The position numbers and the translations under genes are program-made. Of a stretch of 64,000 nucleotides of DNA, positions 49,491 to 60,113 are shown piece by piece. Positions within the stretch are counted from its first letter, which is position 1, and every line of letters begins with the position of its first letter. Origin of the DNA: an uncultured Erysipelotrichaceae bacterium (GTDB taxonomy: Bacteria > Bacillota_I > Bacilli_A > RF39 > UBA660); assembly GCA_902764145.1 (NCBI GenBank), contig CACWUS010000004.1, positions 8,997 to 72,996 of the forward strand, written 5' to 3'. The notes below the pieces were generated by a model, which saw only the letters and a program-made list of their open reading frames with translations, was not told the origin of the DNA and did no database searches.

Positions 49491-50041
49491 ATTTTCACAC
49501 TCATTCCCGTTTCTATTCCAAGCTTTTCTGCTTCATCTTTATTCATATGAAGTTCTAATTTACAAGTTTCATCTGACTTTATATGAACATCTCCTAATAC
49601 TACTCCATTTTCATATTCAACTGTAACAGTATCTCCTTTATTTACATTAAATGTAATCAAATCTTCTGCACTCATATGTATATGTCTATCTGCTACAATA
49701 GTACTTTCTACTGCATGATATCTTCCATTAGGTCCTATTATATCTACTGTTTCGCTACCAGATAGGTCTCCACTAGTTCTAATCGGAGCATTAATGCCAA
49801 AAAATTCATTGTCTTTTTCTAATAGTTCAACTTGTGTATATTTTCTACAAGGTCCAATTATTCTAATATGTTCTAGAGTCTTACCATTTTTTTCTATTGT
49901 AACAGTTTCTTCACATGCAAATTGTCCTATTTGAACTAAATCACGTTTATTAGTAAGTTCATAGTTTTTACCAAATAATACTTCTAATGCTTGTTTAGTT
50001 AAATGAACATGATGGTTAGAAACACCTACTTTAATATCCAT
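49484..50041 (-). CDS. pduL: Phosphate propanoyltransferase / phosphotransacylase
   Basis: VSNHHVHL, GQFAC, RIIGP, RHIHMS, LELHM. Confidence 0.88.
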   Translation of the reverse strand: MDIKVGVSNHHVHLTKQALEVLFGKNYELTNKRDLVQIGQFACEETVTIEKNGKTLEHIRIIGPCRKYTQVELLEKDNEFFGINAPIRTSGDLSGSETVDIIGPNGRYHAVESTIVADRHIHMSAEDLITFNVNKGDTVTVEYENGVVLGDVHIKSDETCKLELHMNKDEAEKLGIETGMSVKIC

Positions 50042-50148
50042 AAATCCTCCTATTATCTAGTAATATTATAATATATTTGTATTAAAAATAAAACACACTT
50101 ATAGTTGATTATCACATTTTTTCACTTAATTCATTTAATAATATAGAG

Positions 50149-50493
50149 GTGAATAATATGAATGGAAGTTACTATAAATCTCCAGTTTTTATTAATGATT
50201 TAGAAAGAGATACATATAAACCACAGAATGATAATTATTATAGTCCTAACTATAATTCAGAACAAAGTTATATTGAAAATATATTAAGAAATAATATAGG
50301 TAAAAAAGTAAGAGTTCATGCATCTTTTAGTGATTCTAATGAATGGAGAGATAGAGTATTTAGTGGAATAATAGAGCATGCTGGTAGAGATAACTTAGTT
50401 ATAAATGATATTGATAATGGTAAATATTATTTAATATTGATGATTTATTTAGATTTTGTTGAGTTTAATGAAGAAATTACATATGCTAAATAA
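50149..50493 (+). CDS. gerQ: Spore coat protein GerQ
   Basis: EQSYIENILRNNIGK...F.GIIEHAGRD..I.D...LILMIYLDFVEF.EEI.Y. Confidence 0.85.
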   Translation: MNNMNGSYYKSPVFINDLERDTYKPQNDNYYSPNYNSEQSYIENILRNNIGKKVRVHASFSDSNEWRDRVFSGIIEHAGRDNLVINDIDNGKYYLILMIYLDFVEFNEEITYAK

Positions 50494-50539
50494 CTTTAAA
50501 AATTTTAATTTTTTTGATATAATTAGTTAAGGTGATAAC

Positions 50540-51097
50540 ATGACTAAAACAAACATAGTATTACTGGTTATTGAAATAATTTTAGTTTTTGTGTTTTTAT
50601 GTTTAATATTGTATAGATATTCTAAGGAAAAATTAGATAATAATTTAAGAAAGTTAAATGATTCTGAAGAAGATTGTATAAATTGTTTAAAAAGTAAGTA
50701 TGATATGTTACTTGAAATGATAAAGATTATTGAAACTAAATATAAAGTTGAAAGTAAAGCATTTGATGAAGCTAAAAAAGTTACAATAGATTCAGTAAAT
50801 TCATTTAAAAATGAAAAATTATTAAATAAATGTTATAAAGAAATAATTCAAGTAAAAGAAGACAATAAAAAGATAAAAGAAACTAAAAATTTCAAAGAAT
50901 TAATAACTAATTATAATCAAAATGAATTAAAAATAATATCAACTAGAACATATCATAATAAATATACATTAATATATAATAATTTAATAAAGAAATTTCC
51001 ATATAATATAATATCTAAATTTAAAAAATATAAGATTAAAACTCTTATAGATGGAAAAGAAATAAATAATAACTTTAATAATGATTTAGAAGTGTAA
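50540..51097 (+). CDS. LemA-family protein (divergent)
   Basis: N-terminal TM; RTYHN...YNNLIKKFPYNIIS. Confidence 0.7.
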   Translation: MTKTNIVLLVIEIILVFVFLCLILYRYSKEKLDNNLRKLNDSEEDCINCLKSKYDMLLEMIKIIETKYKVESKAFDEAKKVTIDSVNSFKNEKLLNKCYKEIIQVKEDNKKIKETKNFKELITNYNQNELKIISTRTYHNKYTLIYNNLIKKFPYNIISKFKKYKIKTLIDGKEINNNFNNDLEV

Positions 51098-51127
51098 AAC
51101 ACTTCTTTTTAAATCGAAAGGATAACT

Positions 51128-52006
51128 ATGCCAAACTATAAAACTCATTCAATTCATTCAGATAAAGTTTTTCCATATATAAATAAAAGAATATATATTG
51201 ATAAAGAAAAACTAAAAATTTTTTCATTTGGGCCAGATCCTCTAGTTTTTAGTGATGTTAAAACATTTAATCTTCAACATAATAAAAACTCTAAATTGTT
51301 TTTTGAGTGTCTTATTAAAACAATTAGACTATGCAAATATCAATATAATGATGAAATTATCGCTTTTTTATATGGTCAATTAGAACATTTCATATTAGAT
51401 TCAACATTTCATCCTTATATTTTTTATACTACTTCTGGAATGCAAAGAAAATATTTAACAGATCAACATTTAAACTTTGAATTATGGCTAGATGATTATT
51501 TTATCCAAAAATATAATATTCAAGATAAAAATTATTATAAAAAATTTAGTGCTAGTATGGAATTAAAATCTCTAGTAGATTATGTATATAAAAGTGTATA
51601 TAATTGCTATTATGCTAGAAGAAAATATGAATTTGGAACAGATATTTTATTACTATTCGAAAATACAAGGATTAATGATAAAGTAATACCAGAAATATCT
51701 AAAAAATTAGGTATTGGTGATATTTCTTATAATGAAATCGAGAGAATTTATCCTTTTTTAAATAAAGATAGAGATGTATGGTATAATCCTTTTTCACTTG
51801 AAGATTATCATGAATCTATAAATGAAATATGGAATAAATCAGTAGAATTATATTTAGAAGTTATTGAAGATGTTAATGCATATCTTTATGATAATAAGGA
51901 ATTAAAAAGCAGTATCTTAGATAAAGATTTATCATATGATACTGGCTTACCTTCAGATATACCAAAAAAATTACTTGTATCAAAAAGAATTAGTAAGGAA
52001 GTTTAA
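51128..52006 (+). CDS. Zinc-dependent phospholipase C family protein
   Basis: MP..THSIH, GPDP, LYGQLEHFILDSTFHPYI, H..FE. Confidence 0.78.
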   Translation: MPNYKTHSIHSDKVFPYINKRIYIDKEKLKIFSFGPDPLVFSDVKTFNLQHNKNSKLFFECLIKTIRLCKYQYNDEIIAFLYGQLEHFILDSTFHPYIFYTTSGMQRKYLTDQHLNFELWLDDYFIQKYNIQDKNYYKKFSASMELKSLVDYVYKSVYNCYYARRKYEFGTDILLLFENTRINDKVIPEISKKLGIGDISYNEIERIYPFLNKDRDVWYNPFSLEDYHESINEIWNKSVELYLEVIEDVNAYLYDNKELKSSILDKDLSYDTGLPSDIPKKLLVSKRISKEV

Positions 52007-52655
52007 AATTAACTTCTTTTATATTATTCTTTTTTAAAAATTCATTTGCTTTTGAAAATGGTTTACTTCCAAAAAAACCATTCCTAGCAGAAAATGGACT
52101 TGGATGAGGACTTTCAATTATTAAATGTTTAGGATTTGTTATATATTTTTTCTTTTCTCTTGCAAAATTACCCCATAATATAAAAACTACTGGTTCTTCT
52201 TTTAAATTCAATAATTTTATTATATGATCTGTAAGCAGTTGCCATCCTAAGTCTTTATGAGAAGCTGGTTCATCTTTTCTAACACTAAGTACACTATTTA
52301 ATAAAAGCACTCCTTCTTTTGCCCATGGTGTTAAATCACCATACTTACTTGGTTCTATTTTTAAATTATCATATAGTTCTTTATAAATATTTTGTAAACT
52401 TGGAGGTATTTTTACCCCTTTTTGTACACTAAATGAAAGCCCATGAGCTTCTCCTTCTCCGTGGTAAGGATCTTGTCCTAAAATTACTATTTTAGTATTT
52501 TTATATGAAGTATTTTTTAATGCATTAAAAATATTATCATAACTAGGATAACATATATGAGTATCATATTCTTTCTTAACATTAGACATGAATTTTTTAA
52601 ATCCCTCACTATTCCACACACTCTTTAAAACAATATCCCAATCATTACCTATCAT
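51990..52655 (-). CDS. ung: Uracil-DNA glycosylase
   Basis: GQDPYHG, PPSLQNI, GVLLLN, HPSPFS. Confidence 0.96.
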   Translation of the reverse strand: MIGNDWDIVLKSVWNSEGFKKFMSNVKKEYDTHICYPSYDNIFNALKNTSYKNTKIVILGQDPYHGEGEAHGLSFSVQKGVKIPPSLQNIYKELYDNLKIEPSKYGDLTPWAKEGVLLLNSVLSVRKDEPASHKDLGWQLLTDHIIKLLNLKEEPVVFILWGNFAREKKKYITNPKHLIIESPHPSPFSARNGFFGSKPFSKANEFLKKNNIKEVNFKLPY

Positions 52656-52658
52656 ATG

Positions 52659-53831
52659 TCACTTCCTCATTAATTTTATTATACAATAAGAATTAATGAT
52701 AATCATAACAAATATTAAATAATCTGTATATTTCCATAAATAAGAATTGTTAATAAATATTGAAGAAACAACTACTATTAAAAAAATAACACTACAAATG
52801 TTAGTAATTTGTTTATTATTAAAAATATAGTTTATATTACTTTTTAATATATAATATCCACTAAGTATTGTAGTAAGAGCAAACAATACTAGAATTATAA
52901 AAAGAATATAAACACTAGTACTACCACCTATATAATAAAACATTCTTGTAATAAGCAAATTATAATCATTTACTATATTATTGTTATATTTATATATTAA
53001 TATTATAGATGTAATTAATAAAGTATTCATTAACGTTATAAAGTATATACTAAATAATTGATATCTTATAGATACATCAATATTATTTTTATCACTTCCA
53101 GATGCAATACTAGTAGTACCAATTAATATTTCATTCATAAATATACTTCTAAGTGTTCCAATTACAAAACCACTCATAATAGATTTAAATGTTAGTAAAT
53201 TGTTAAATTCTATTTTAAAGCTTGATATAAGATCATTAAAATGATTTATTATCCCAAATAAACATACAAAAATGAATAGTACTATTTTAAATGGTACTAA
53301 TATATTCATTATTCTTTTAACTTCATCTACTGAGAGATTAATTGTTGCTAACAAAATCACAAAAACTAAAATTATTATATACGCATTGTTAATATTATGT
53401 ATATTTTTTAACACATTTGATATTGTATTAACTTGAATCATTTGAAATAAAAATGAGTATAGAATTATAATAACAACTAATGATATAACAGATAAATATT
53501 TATTATTTAACCCATATCTAATTATAAAATATGGACCACTTATATTATCTTTTTTATATTTATTTCCATAATATGCTTCATAATATGTTAATGATGTGGT
53601 AATAAAAGAAAATATAATAATCCATATAACAGATGAAAAACCACCAATTATTATAGAAGAAGTAGTTCCAATAATACTACCTACTCCAATTTTAGTACCA
53701 AGAGATAAGAATAATGCACTTTTATCTTTTTTTATTAACTCTTTTATATTTAATCTATAATTTTTAAATTTTAATTTGAAACTCAAATATATAGAATAAA
53801 TAATCATAAATAGTATTAATAATATCCACAT
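52659..53831 (-). CDS. Alanine/glycine:cation symporter family protein (divergent)
   Basis: LGTKIGVGSIIG, GPYFII, QVNTI, RSIFMNE..IGT, FALTTILS. Confidence 0.72.
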   Translation of the reverse strand: MWILLILFMIIYSIYLSFKLKFKNYRLNIKELIKKDKSALFLSLGTKIGVGSIIGTTSSIIIGGFSSVIWIIIFSFITTSLTYYEAYYGNKYKKDNISGPYFIIRYGLNNKYLSVISLVVIIILYSFLFQMIQVNTISNVLKNIHNINNAYIIILVFVILLATINLSVDEVKRIMNILVPFKIVLFIFVCLFGIINHFNDLISSFKIEFNNLLTFKSIMSGFVIGTLRSIFMNEILIGTTSIASGSDKNNIDVSIRYQLFSIYFITLMNTLLITSIILIYKYNNNIVNDYNLLITRMFYYIGGSTSVYILFIILVLFALTTILSGYYILKSNINYIFNNKQITNICSVIFLIVVVSSIFINNSYLWKYTDYLIFVMIIINSYCIIKLMRK

Positions 53832-53855
53832 ACTAAATAATATAAAAAGCTATCA

Positions 53856-54293
53856 TTATTTATGATAGCTTTCATTATTTAATATTTTAAATGACCTATA
53901 TATTTGTTCTAATAGTATTCCTCTAAATAGTCCATGTGGAAATGTCATATCAGAAATACTAATTCTTTTATTAACAAATCTTTTAACTTCATCATTAACT
54001 CCATTAGAGCCACCGATTATAAATGATATATTTCCATATCCATTTAAAAATACATCATTAATTAAAGAGGATAACTCAATAGAATTCAACTTTTCTCCTT
54101 TTATATCCATATAAATATTATAATCTTTTGAATTTAATACTTTTAATATCTCATTAGATTCAGTATTTATATCATTATCTTTAAGTTCAATAATATCTAT
54201 TTTATGATATTTAGAAATTCTTAATTTATAATCATTAATTAAATCACTTAAATATTTTTCTTTTATTTTACCAACACATATTATTTTAATCAT
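53856..54293 (-). CDS. rlmH: 23S rRNA m3Psi1915 methyltransferase
   Basis: ICVGKIKEKY, FIIGGSNG, MTFPH, EQIYR...YHK. Confidence 0.95.
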   Translation of the reverse strand: MIKIICVGKIKEKYLSDLINDYKLRISKYHKIDIIELKDNDINTESNEILKVLNSKDYNIYMDIKGEKLNSIELSSLINDVFLNGYGNISFIIGGSNGVNDEVKRFVNKRISISDMTFPHGLFRGILLEQIYRSFKILNNESYHK

Positions 54294-55747
54294 TATTTGT
54301 ATAATGTAAGTGGATTAATAGTACTTCCATCTTTTTTAACAGTTAAATGTAGATGCTTACCTGTACAAGAACCAGTACATCCCATAATACCTATTAATTG
54401 TCCTTTATCCACTCTATCTCCTACTTTAACAATTGTTTTTGATAAATGCATATATGTAGATGTATAACCATTTTCATGATTAATAACAATGTTAATACCT
54501 GCACCACCACTACTCCATCCAGCATGAGTAACTTTACCACTTTGAATAGCAAATATATTATTAGATGCTGTTCCAGTAATATCAGTTCCATTATGTAAGT
54601 GAGCTGTTTTTCTAATTGGGTGAATACGATAACCATAATGAGATGAAATCTTAAATGGTTTTACTGTTGGCCAAGCCCAATATGTTGTATTTCCATAATA
54701 AATAACATTCTTAGCTCCATATACCATTATTCTATCAACAGCTTCTCTTATTACTTCATTTTCAACTTGTGCTGTATTAACTATAGAGTTATTTATTTGT
54801 TTTGTTGCAAATGTAACTTTAGATAATCCATTAGATCCTTGTTGTTTAACATAAGATTGATCAGAATTAATAGTTTTATCATATATTACTTTAGTTTCAT
54901 ATTTTACTGTTTGATATTCTGTTTCGAATGATTCAATTACTATATCAGATAATGGATCAACATGAGCAACTGTTACCTCTTGCCCAACTGCAAGTAATGC
55001 ATTTTCTCCTGCTATATCAGGGTTAGCTATTAAAAAGTCAGATACACCAAGCTTATTATTATATGCTATTGTTTCTATTGTATCAGAAGATTTAACTTTA
55101 TATTTATTTGTTAAATTAGTTGTTCCAAATAAGAAATACATACTAAGTGAATCAGCATCAGTAAATATTTCTTCTTCGGTAGATACATATGCTTTTTTAA
55201 TAGAAACATTATCTTTCAAATATATATTAGTTATCTCAACACCAGTATCAACTATTTCTTCCTGTTCTCCATTTAAATAATCATCGTATTTAGATTCATT
55301 AACAAAAGCAAGAACAGTATTTCTAACAGCTGAATCTAAATCCTCTTTATTAAGTATATAGAATGTCTTCTTAGCTTTATCTCTTGTAATAGTAACTTCA
55401 TATCCTTCAATTGTAAAAGGATCTAAATCCTTTATTTCTTCATATACTTCCTTAGCACTCATTAAATTTGTACTATATGTAGCTACTGGATTTATTTCTA
55501 AATTAGTTGGACTATGAACTTTATCTACTTTATATTTATCTTTTATTTCTTGTTGTTCTTTATCAATTAAATCAAGTAATTCATCTTTTGAAGAAATAAG
55601 ACCAATTTTTTCACCACCAAGATATACTTGATAATAATTATGTATTTGTCTCTCTTTTGGAATAAAAGTAATTGATAAATATATTATAAGAATAGATAAA
55701 AATAATCCAAAAAACAAACTTCCTAATGTTATTTCCTTATTATTCAT
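54293..55747 (-). CDS. M23 peptidase with LysM and G5 domains
   Basis: YKVKSSDTIETIA (LysM), G5-like segment, HNGTD and HLH motifs; start trimmed to 55747. Confidence 0.9.
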   Translation of the reverse strand: MNNKEITLGSLFFGLFLSILIIYLSITFIPKERQIHNYYQVYLGGEKIGLISSKDELLDLIDKEQQEIKDKYKVDKVHSPTNLEINPVATYSTNLMSAKEVYEEIKDLDPFTIEGYEVTITRDKAKKTFYILNKEDLDSAVRNTVLAFVNESKYDDYLNGEQEEIVDTGVEITNIYLKDNVSIKKAYVSTEEEIFTDADSLSMYFLFGTTNLTNKYKVKSSDTIETIAYNNKLGVSDFLIANPDIAGENALLAVGQEVTVAHVDPLSDIVIESFETEYQTVKYETKVIYDKTINSDQSYVKQQGSNGLSKVTFATKQINNSIVNTAQVENEVIREAVDRIMVYGAKNVIYYGNTTYWAWPTVKPFKISSHYGYRIHPIRKTAHLHNGTDITGTASNNIFAIQSGKVTHAGWSSGGAGINIVINHENGYTSTYMHLSKTIVKVGDRVDKGQLIGIMGCTGSCTGKHLHLTVKKDGSTINPLTLYK

Positions 55748-57083
55748 TTTCATCTTCCCTACTTGAGTAATTATCAAATGAACCAGTATTTAATTGAAAG
55801 ATTAAATCTACTGTTCCAGTTTGACCTGCTCTATGTTTTGCTACTAATAGTTCTATCTTTCTATTAGGATTTGAATTGTATTTTCCATATTCATCACTGT
55901 GTAAAAATAAAACTATATCAGCATCTTGTTCTATAGAACCAGATTCTCTTAAATCTGATAATTTTGGTTTACTATCTTCACCTTTTCTTTGTTCAACACT
56001 ACGAGATAGTTGAGCAAGAGCTATTACTGGTATTTCTAGTTCCATTGCAAGTCTTTTAATATCTCTACTAATTTCACCTACTTCTTGAACTCTTTGACCA
56101 GCATATTTATTTGAACTAGATAATAATTGTAAATAGTCTATTACAATTAAGTCTAATCCATCTTTTGAATTTTTTAGTTTTCTACATTTTCTTCTAATTT
56201 CACTTACTGTTAAACCAGCAGTATCATCTATGAAAAACTTAGTATCAGAAAGTTGACTCATTGCTTCATTCCATCTTTTCCAATCTGTATTTTTAAGTTT
56301 TCCAGTCTTAATTACATCACCATCAATTTTACCAACGCAACCAAACATTCTTTTTAATAATTCTTCTGCTGACATTTCAAGAGAGAAAAATGCGACACTT
56401 CTCTTTTCTCTAATAGCTGCGTTTAAAGCAACATTTAATGCAAAAGCACTTTTTCCAGCACCTGGACGTCCAGCTATAATAATTACTTGATTTTTTTGAA
56501 GACCACGTGTCATCCTATCAAAATCATAATAACCAGTTCTAATTCCAGTAAATTCTGTTTTAGATTCAGACAATTCCTCTATTTGCTTTTGAAGTTCAGG
56601 TAATACATCTTGAATCCTCTTAATATCCTTACCCAACTTATCATTATATACAGATAAAACACTTCTTTCTGCATTTTCGACTATATCAACAATAGAATCT
56701 TGTTCTTCATAACAATCTTCTTGTATTTTACTACTAACTGATATTAAATTACGTAATATACTTTTTTCAAACATAATCTTAATATAATAATTTAAATTAG
56801 CAGTAGAAGGAACAGAGTTAATAATTTCTGTTATATATTCAACTCCACCTACTTTAGATAATTCTTTATTTTTATCAAGTTCATTACAAATAGTATTTAC
56901 ATCAACAGGATTATCATTATTATGAAGAGTTTTCATAGCTCTATAGATAGTTTTATTAGCTTCACTATAAAACATCTCATCACTAACTTCATCCATGATT
57001 TTATCTAAAGCATCTTTTTCTAAAAATCCACAACCAAGTACAGATATTTCAGCTTCAATGTTTTGAGGTTCTTTTCTTGGCAT
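55740..57083 (-). CDS. dnaB: Replicative DNA helicase
   Basis: PQNIEAE, GRPGAGKS, FSLEM, IDYLQL, DLRESGSIEQDAD. Confidence 0.97.
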   Translation of the reverse strand: MPRKEPQNIEAEISVLGCGFLEKDALDKIMDEVSDEMFYSEANKTIYRAMKTLHNNDNPVDVNTICNELDKNKELSKVGGVEYITEIINSVPSTANLNYYIKIMFEKSILRNLISVSSKIQEDCYEEQDSIVDIVENAERSVLSVYNDKLGKDIKRIQDVLPELQKQIEELSESKTEFTGIRTGYYDFDRMTRGLQKNQVIIIAGRPGAGKSAFALNVALNAAIREKRSVAFFSLEMSAEELLKRMFGCVGKIDGDVIKTGKLKNTDWKRWNEAMSQLSDTKFFIDDTAGLTVSEIRRKCRKLKNSKDGLDLIVIDYLQLLSSSNKYAGQRVQEVGEISRDIKRLAMELEIPVIALAQLSRSVEQRKGEDSKPKLSDLRESGSIEQDADIVLFLHSDEYGKYNSNPNRKIELLVAKHRAGQTGTVDLIFQLNTGSFDNYSSREDENE

Positions 57084-57095
57084 ATTTCCTCCTTA

Positions 57096-57533
57096 TTATT
57101 TTTCTAATATTATATTAATATTAAATGAAACTTTCTTATGTAAGTTAATCTTTACAATGTGTGTTCCAAGAGAATTAATTTCTTCATTTATTTGTATTTT
57201 CTTTTTATCAATATCAAAACCTAATTTAGATAATTCTTCACTAATTTGTTTACTAGAAATACTTCCAAATACTTTATCATTATTTCCAGTTTTAACTTTA
57301 AATTTAATATTTTTATTTTCTAATTTTGCTTTAACTTTATTACATTCTGCGATTAATGCATCTTCTTTATCTTGTCTTGTTTTTATTTCTCCATTAAGTA
57401 CTTCAACACTTTTAGTAGTATAAGCAACAGCTAACTTTTCAGCTATTAAGTATTTAGCATATCCATCTTTAACTTCCTTAATTTCATCCTTTTTTGCCTG
57501 CTTTTTAACATCTTGTAAAAATATTACTTTCAT
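57096..57533 (-). CDS. rplI: 50S ribosomal protein L9
   Basis: MKVIFLQDVK...EVKDGYA, KVFGSIS, LHKKV; adjacent to dnaB. Confidence 0.95.
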   Translation of the reverse strand: MKVIFLQDVKKQAKKDEIKEVKDGYAKYLIAEKLAVAYTTKSVEVLNGEIKTRQDKEDALIAECNKVKAKLENKNIKFKVKTGNNDKVFGSISSKQISEELSKLGFDIDKKKIQINEEINSLGTHIVKINLHKKVSFNINIILEK

Positions 57534-57659
57534 ATATGCACCTCCCACGCATTTAATGTATAACTATTATAACACATTACTCATATAAAAAAAAGTTTGT
57601 TTAAATTGAAAGTTAAGTGATATTATTATATAATTGTTTATATAATAGAGGTGAATCGT

Positions 57660-59012
57660 ATGCAAGATGATCTTAATAAATATAAACAATTTGAGTCTCA
57701 ACTAAAAGCATATCTAATTCAAGAATTTGGTAAATTTTTACCTGAAGATAAAATATCTTTATTAAATAATACTGATTATGTAACTAAAAATTATAATAAA
57801 GATTTAAGTGAAGAAGAAAACCATGGAAAAATAACAAGAGGTATGCTAAAAGATGTAATTAATATAGAATGTAGTAAGATAATAGAAGTAGAAGAAGGAG
57901 TTTCATTACCTATTCAATATGGTAAAAACTTAGAAACTGCATTAATTGAATACTATGCTCAAAATTTATCACAAAAATATGGATTTAATATAAATGAAAT
58001 ACCTGAATTAAAAAATGATTTAGAAACAATAAAATTACTAAATCAGAAATTAGATTCAACATTTGACCCAACTGTATTTAATAGTGATGCTGTTAAATTA
58101 TTAGATACAGCTAATATAAAAGAATTAATAGAAAAATACGATAGTGATGCTATTAAAGAATATTTTGAAAAAAATAAAAAAGTTTCTTCTCAAGTTGGAG
58201 GAACTAATAAAGAAGAAGAAAATGAACTAATGAAAGAAAACTCAGATAGAGAAAATAGTGTTCAGATAGTATGGTTAAATGGAAAAAAATATATAAAATA
58301 TATAGATCAAAAAGGTACTGTAAGCCTAACTGAAATAATCGATCAAGGACAAACTGAAAATTTTTATAAAAGAAAACTTGCTGAATTAAAGCCCGGTGAA
58401 AAACTTGATCCCGAGAAATTTAAACATGAATTATCAGAAATAATGGGAGATATAACATTAACAGAAACTAGTGATGTTGATAAAGATAATTTGAATCATA
58501 AAGAAATTAATATGTTAAACTTTATTAATGCAAATGACGAAATCAAAAAACAAGCACAAAAAGACATTATAACTCACAGTAATGATATGGATATTCATGT
58601 AATAGAAAGTACAAATGATATTGTTGTTACTGAAGATAAAGATTATCATGTTGATGCACATATGGTTAAAGATGGAAAAGCTCAAGCCCAAAGAGAGTCA
58701 TTACAAGATACAAAAGATATTAGTTCTAGAATACTTACTAAAGAAGAATATCAAGAATTAGTTAACAAATATGCAAGAGGAGAAGAACTAACTTTAGAAG
58801 AACTCGAGAGTTTAAAAAGAACAAGTGAATATTATATTGATCAAGGTGAAACATTAGAAGATGTAATGCAAGAAAAAGGTTCTGTTTTATCACCATATAA
58901 AAATACTAATTATAGTGGTTTTGGTTTTTCAAATTTTATAACAATATTAGTGTGTACAGGTGCAATATGTACTTTAATAATGTCAATTTATTTAATATTA
59001 TTTTATAAATAG
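57660..59012 (+). CDS. Hypothetical protein with single C-terminal TM anchor
   Basis: ORF track; no N-terminal signal; ends ...YSGFGFSNFITILVCTGAICTLIMSIYLILFYK. Confidence 0.75.
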   Translation: MQDDLNKYKQFESQLKAYLIQEFGKFLPEDKISLLNNTDYVTKNYNKDLSEEENHGKITRGMLKDVINIECSKIIEVEEGVSLPIQYGKNLETALIEYYAQNLSQKYGFNINEIPELKNDLETIKLLNQKLDSTFDPTVFNSDAVKLLDTANIKELIEKYDSDAIKEYFEKNKKVSSQVGGTNKEEENELMKENSDRENSVQIVWLNGKKYIKYIDQKGTVSLTEIIDQGQTENFYKRKLAELKPGEKLDPEKFKHELSEIMGDITLTETSDVDKDNLNHKEINMLNFINANDEIKKQAQKDIITHSNDMDIHVIESTNDIVVTEDKDYHVDAHMVKDGKAQAQRESLQDTKDISSRILTKEEYQELVNKYARGEELTLEELESLKRTSEYYIDQGETLEDVMQEKGSVLSPYKNTNYSGFGFSNFITILVCTGAICTLIMSIYLILFYK

Positions 59013-59020
59013 TCTTATGA

Positions 59021-59194
59021 CTATTTTTCTTTGTATAAAATCATTGCTGAAAAACAATATATTTGTTCATTAGAATATATAGATACAGCAGTTCTAAATT
59101 GAATATCTATAACCTCTATATCTTCATTTAAAAATGAATTTATATCTCTTTCCAAATCTCTTTCATGACCTTCATCAAATATTTTAACTTTCAT
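59021..59194 (-). CDS. Sporulation protein Cse60 family (DUF2758), 57 aa
   Basis: Not in ORF track; hand translation MKVKIFDEGHERDLERDINSFL...VIDIQF...EQIYCFSAMILY. Confidence 0.8.
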   Translation of the reverse strand: MKVKIFDEGHERDLERDINSFLNEDIEVIDIQFRTAVSIYSNEQIYCFSAMILYKEK

Positions 59195-59241
59195 ATTTTA
59201 AATTTATCACAAATAAAATAAAAATAATGTCGAAATCAACA

Positions 59242-60111
59242 TTATTCTTTATTTTGTTCTTCTTTAATTCTCTTTCTTATCTCATCTAGTTTTATTCTAT
59301 TAGTTTTTTCTATTCCTGCTTCTGCTTTATTTTTATTTAAATAAAGCCCTATAACAAATATATATGCAAGTACATAAAACCAAAATAATAATATAACTAT
59401 GTTTGCAAGATTACCATATACTAAATCATATCTAGCAATATTATTGATATAGTATGAATAACCAATTGTAATAATTAACCATGAGATAGTAGTAAATGCA
59501 GCTCCTCTATTCATATATTTACTTTTAACTTTCTCATCAGGAGCTATTATGTAAACAAGTTTAATTATATAAAACATAATTAATAATGATACTGGTATTT
59601 GTAATATTGTATATAATGCATCAATATATTCTCTATTTATTGATATGAAATCAGTAAACATTCCAATTATATTTATAATTGATCTACCAAACAATGGAAC
59701 TATCATAGTAAATGCAATTAAAACAATTAATATAATACTAATTACTAATGATTTAATCATCCTCTTAAGAAAACTAGAATTTTCAAAATGGAAAATTGTA
59801 TTACTAGCAAGAATAATAGCATTACAACCATTCATCATAACTACAAAACTAAGTATAATAGTTAATAAAGAACCACCAGTTAACTCACTTGTAAATACAG
59901 GCTGTAAAAAATCAACTACATTACTAGGAAAAGTTCTAGTAAGAAAATTTTGTATAGTATTCATTGGTAAATTAAATGATGTAAGAAAATAAAATAATAA
60001 AGATAAAATTGGTATTAAAGCTAAAAAGAAAGAATATGCTAGATTACCTGGCAATATCCTAATTTCTTGACTAGTTAATATGTTAGATATTCTATTTATT
60101 CTTTCTTTCAT
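59242..60111 (-). CDS. YihY/BrkB family membrane protein
   Basis: LAYSFFLALIP, Y..AP, YDLVYGNLANIVILLFWFY. Confidence 0.88.
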   Translation of the reverse strand: MKERINRISNILTSQEIRILPGNLAYSFFLALIPILSLLFYFLTSFNLPMNTIQNFLTRTFPSNVVDFLQPVFTSELTGGSLLTIILSFVVMMNGCNAIILASNTIFHFENSSFLKRMIKSLVISIILIVLIAFTMIVPLFGRSIINIIGMFTDFISINREYIDALYTILQIPVSLLIMFYIIKLVYIIAPDEKVKSKYMNRGAAFTTISWLIITIGYSYYINNIARYDLVYGNLANIVILLFWFYVLAYIFVIGLYLNKNKAEAGIEKTNRIKLDEIRKRIKEEQNKE

Positions 60112-60113
60112 TA

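Noticed and set aside
53856..54293. rlmH 3' end as an SCC-like integration site
   Set aside because: The next gene follows within ~25 bp and is a host-type transporter; no recombinase or repeat nearby.
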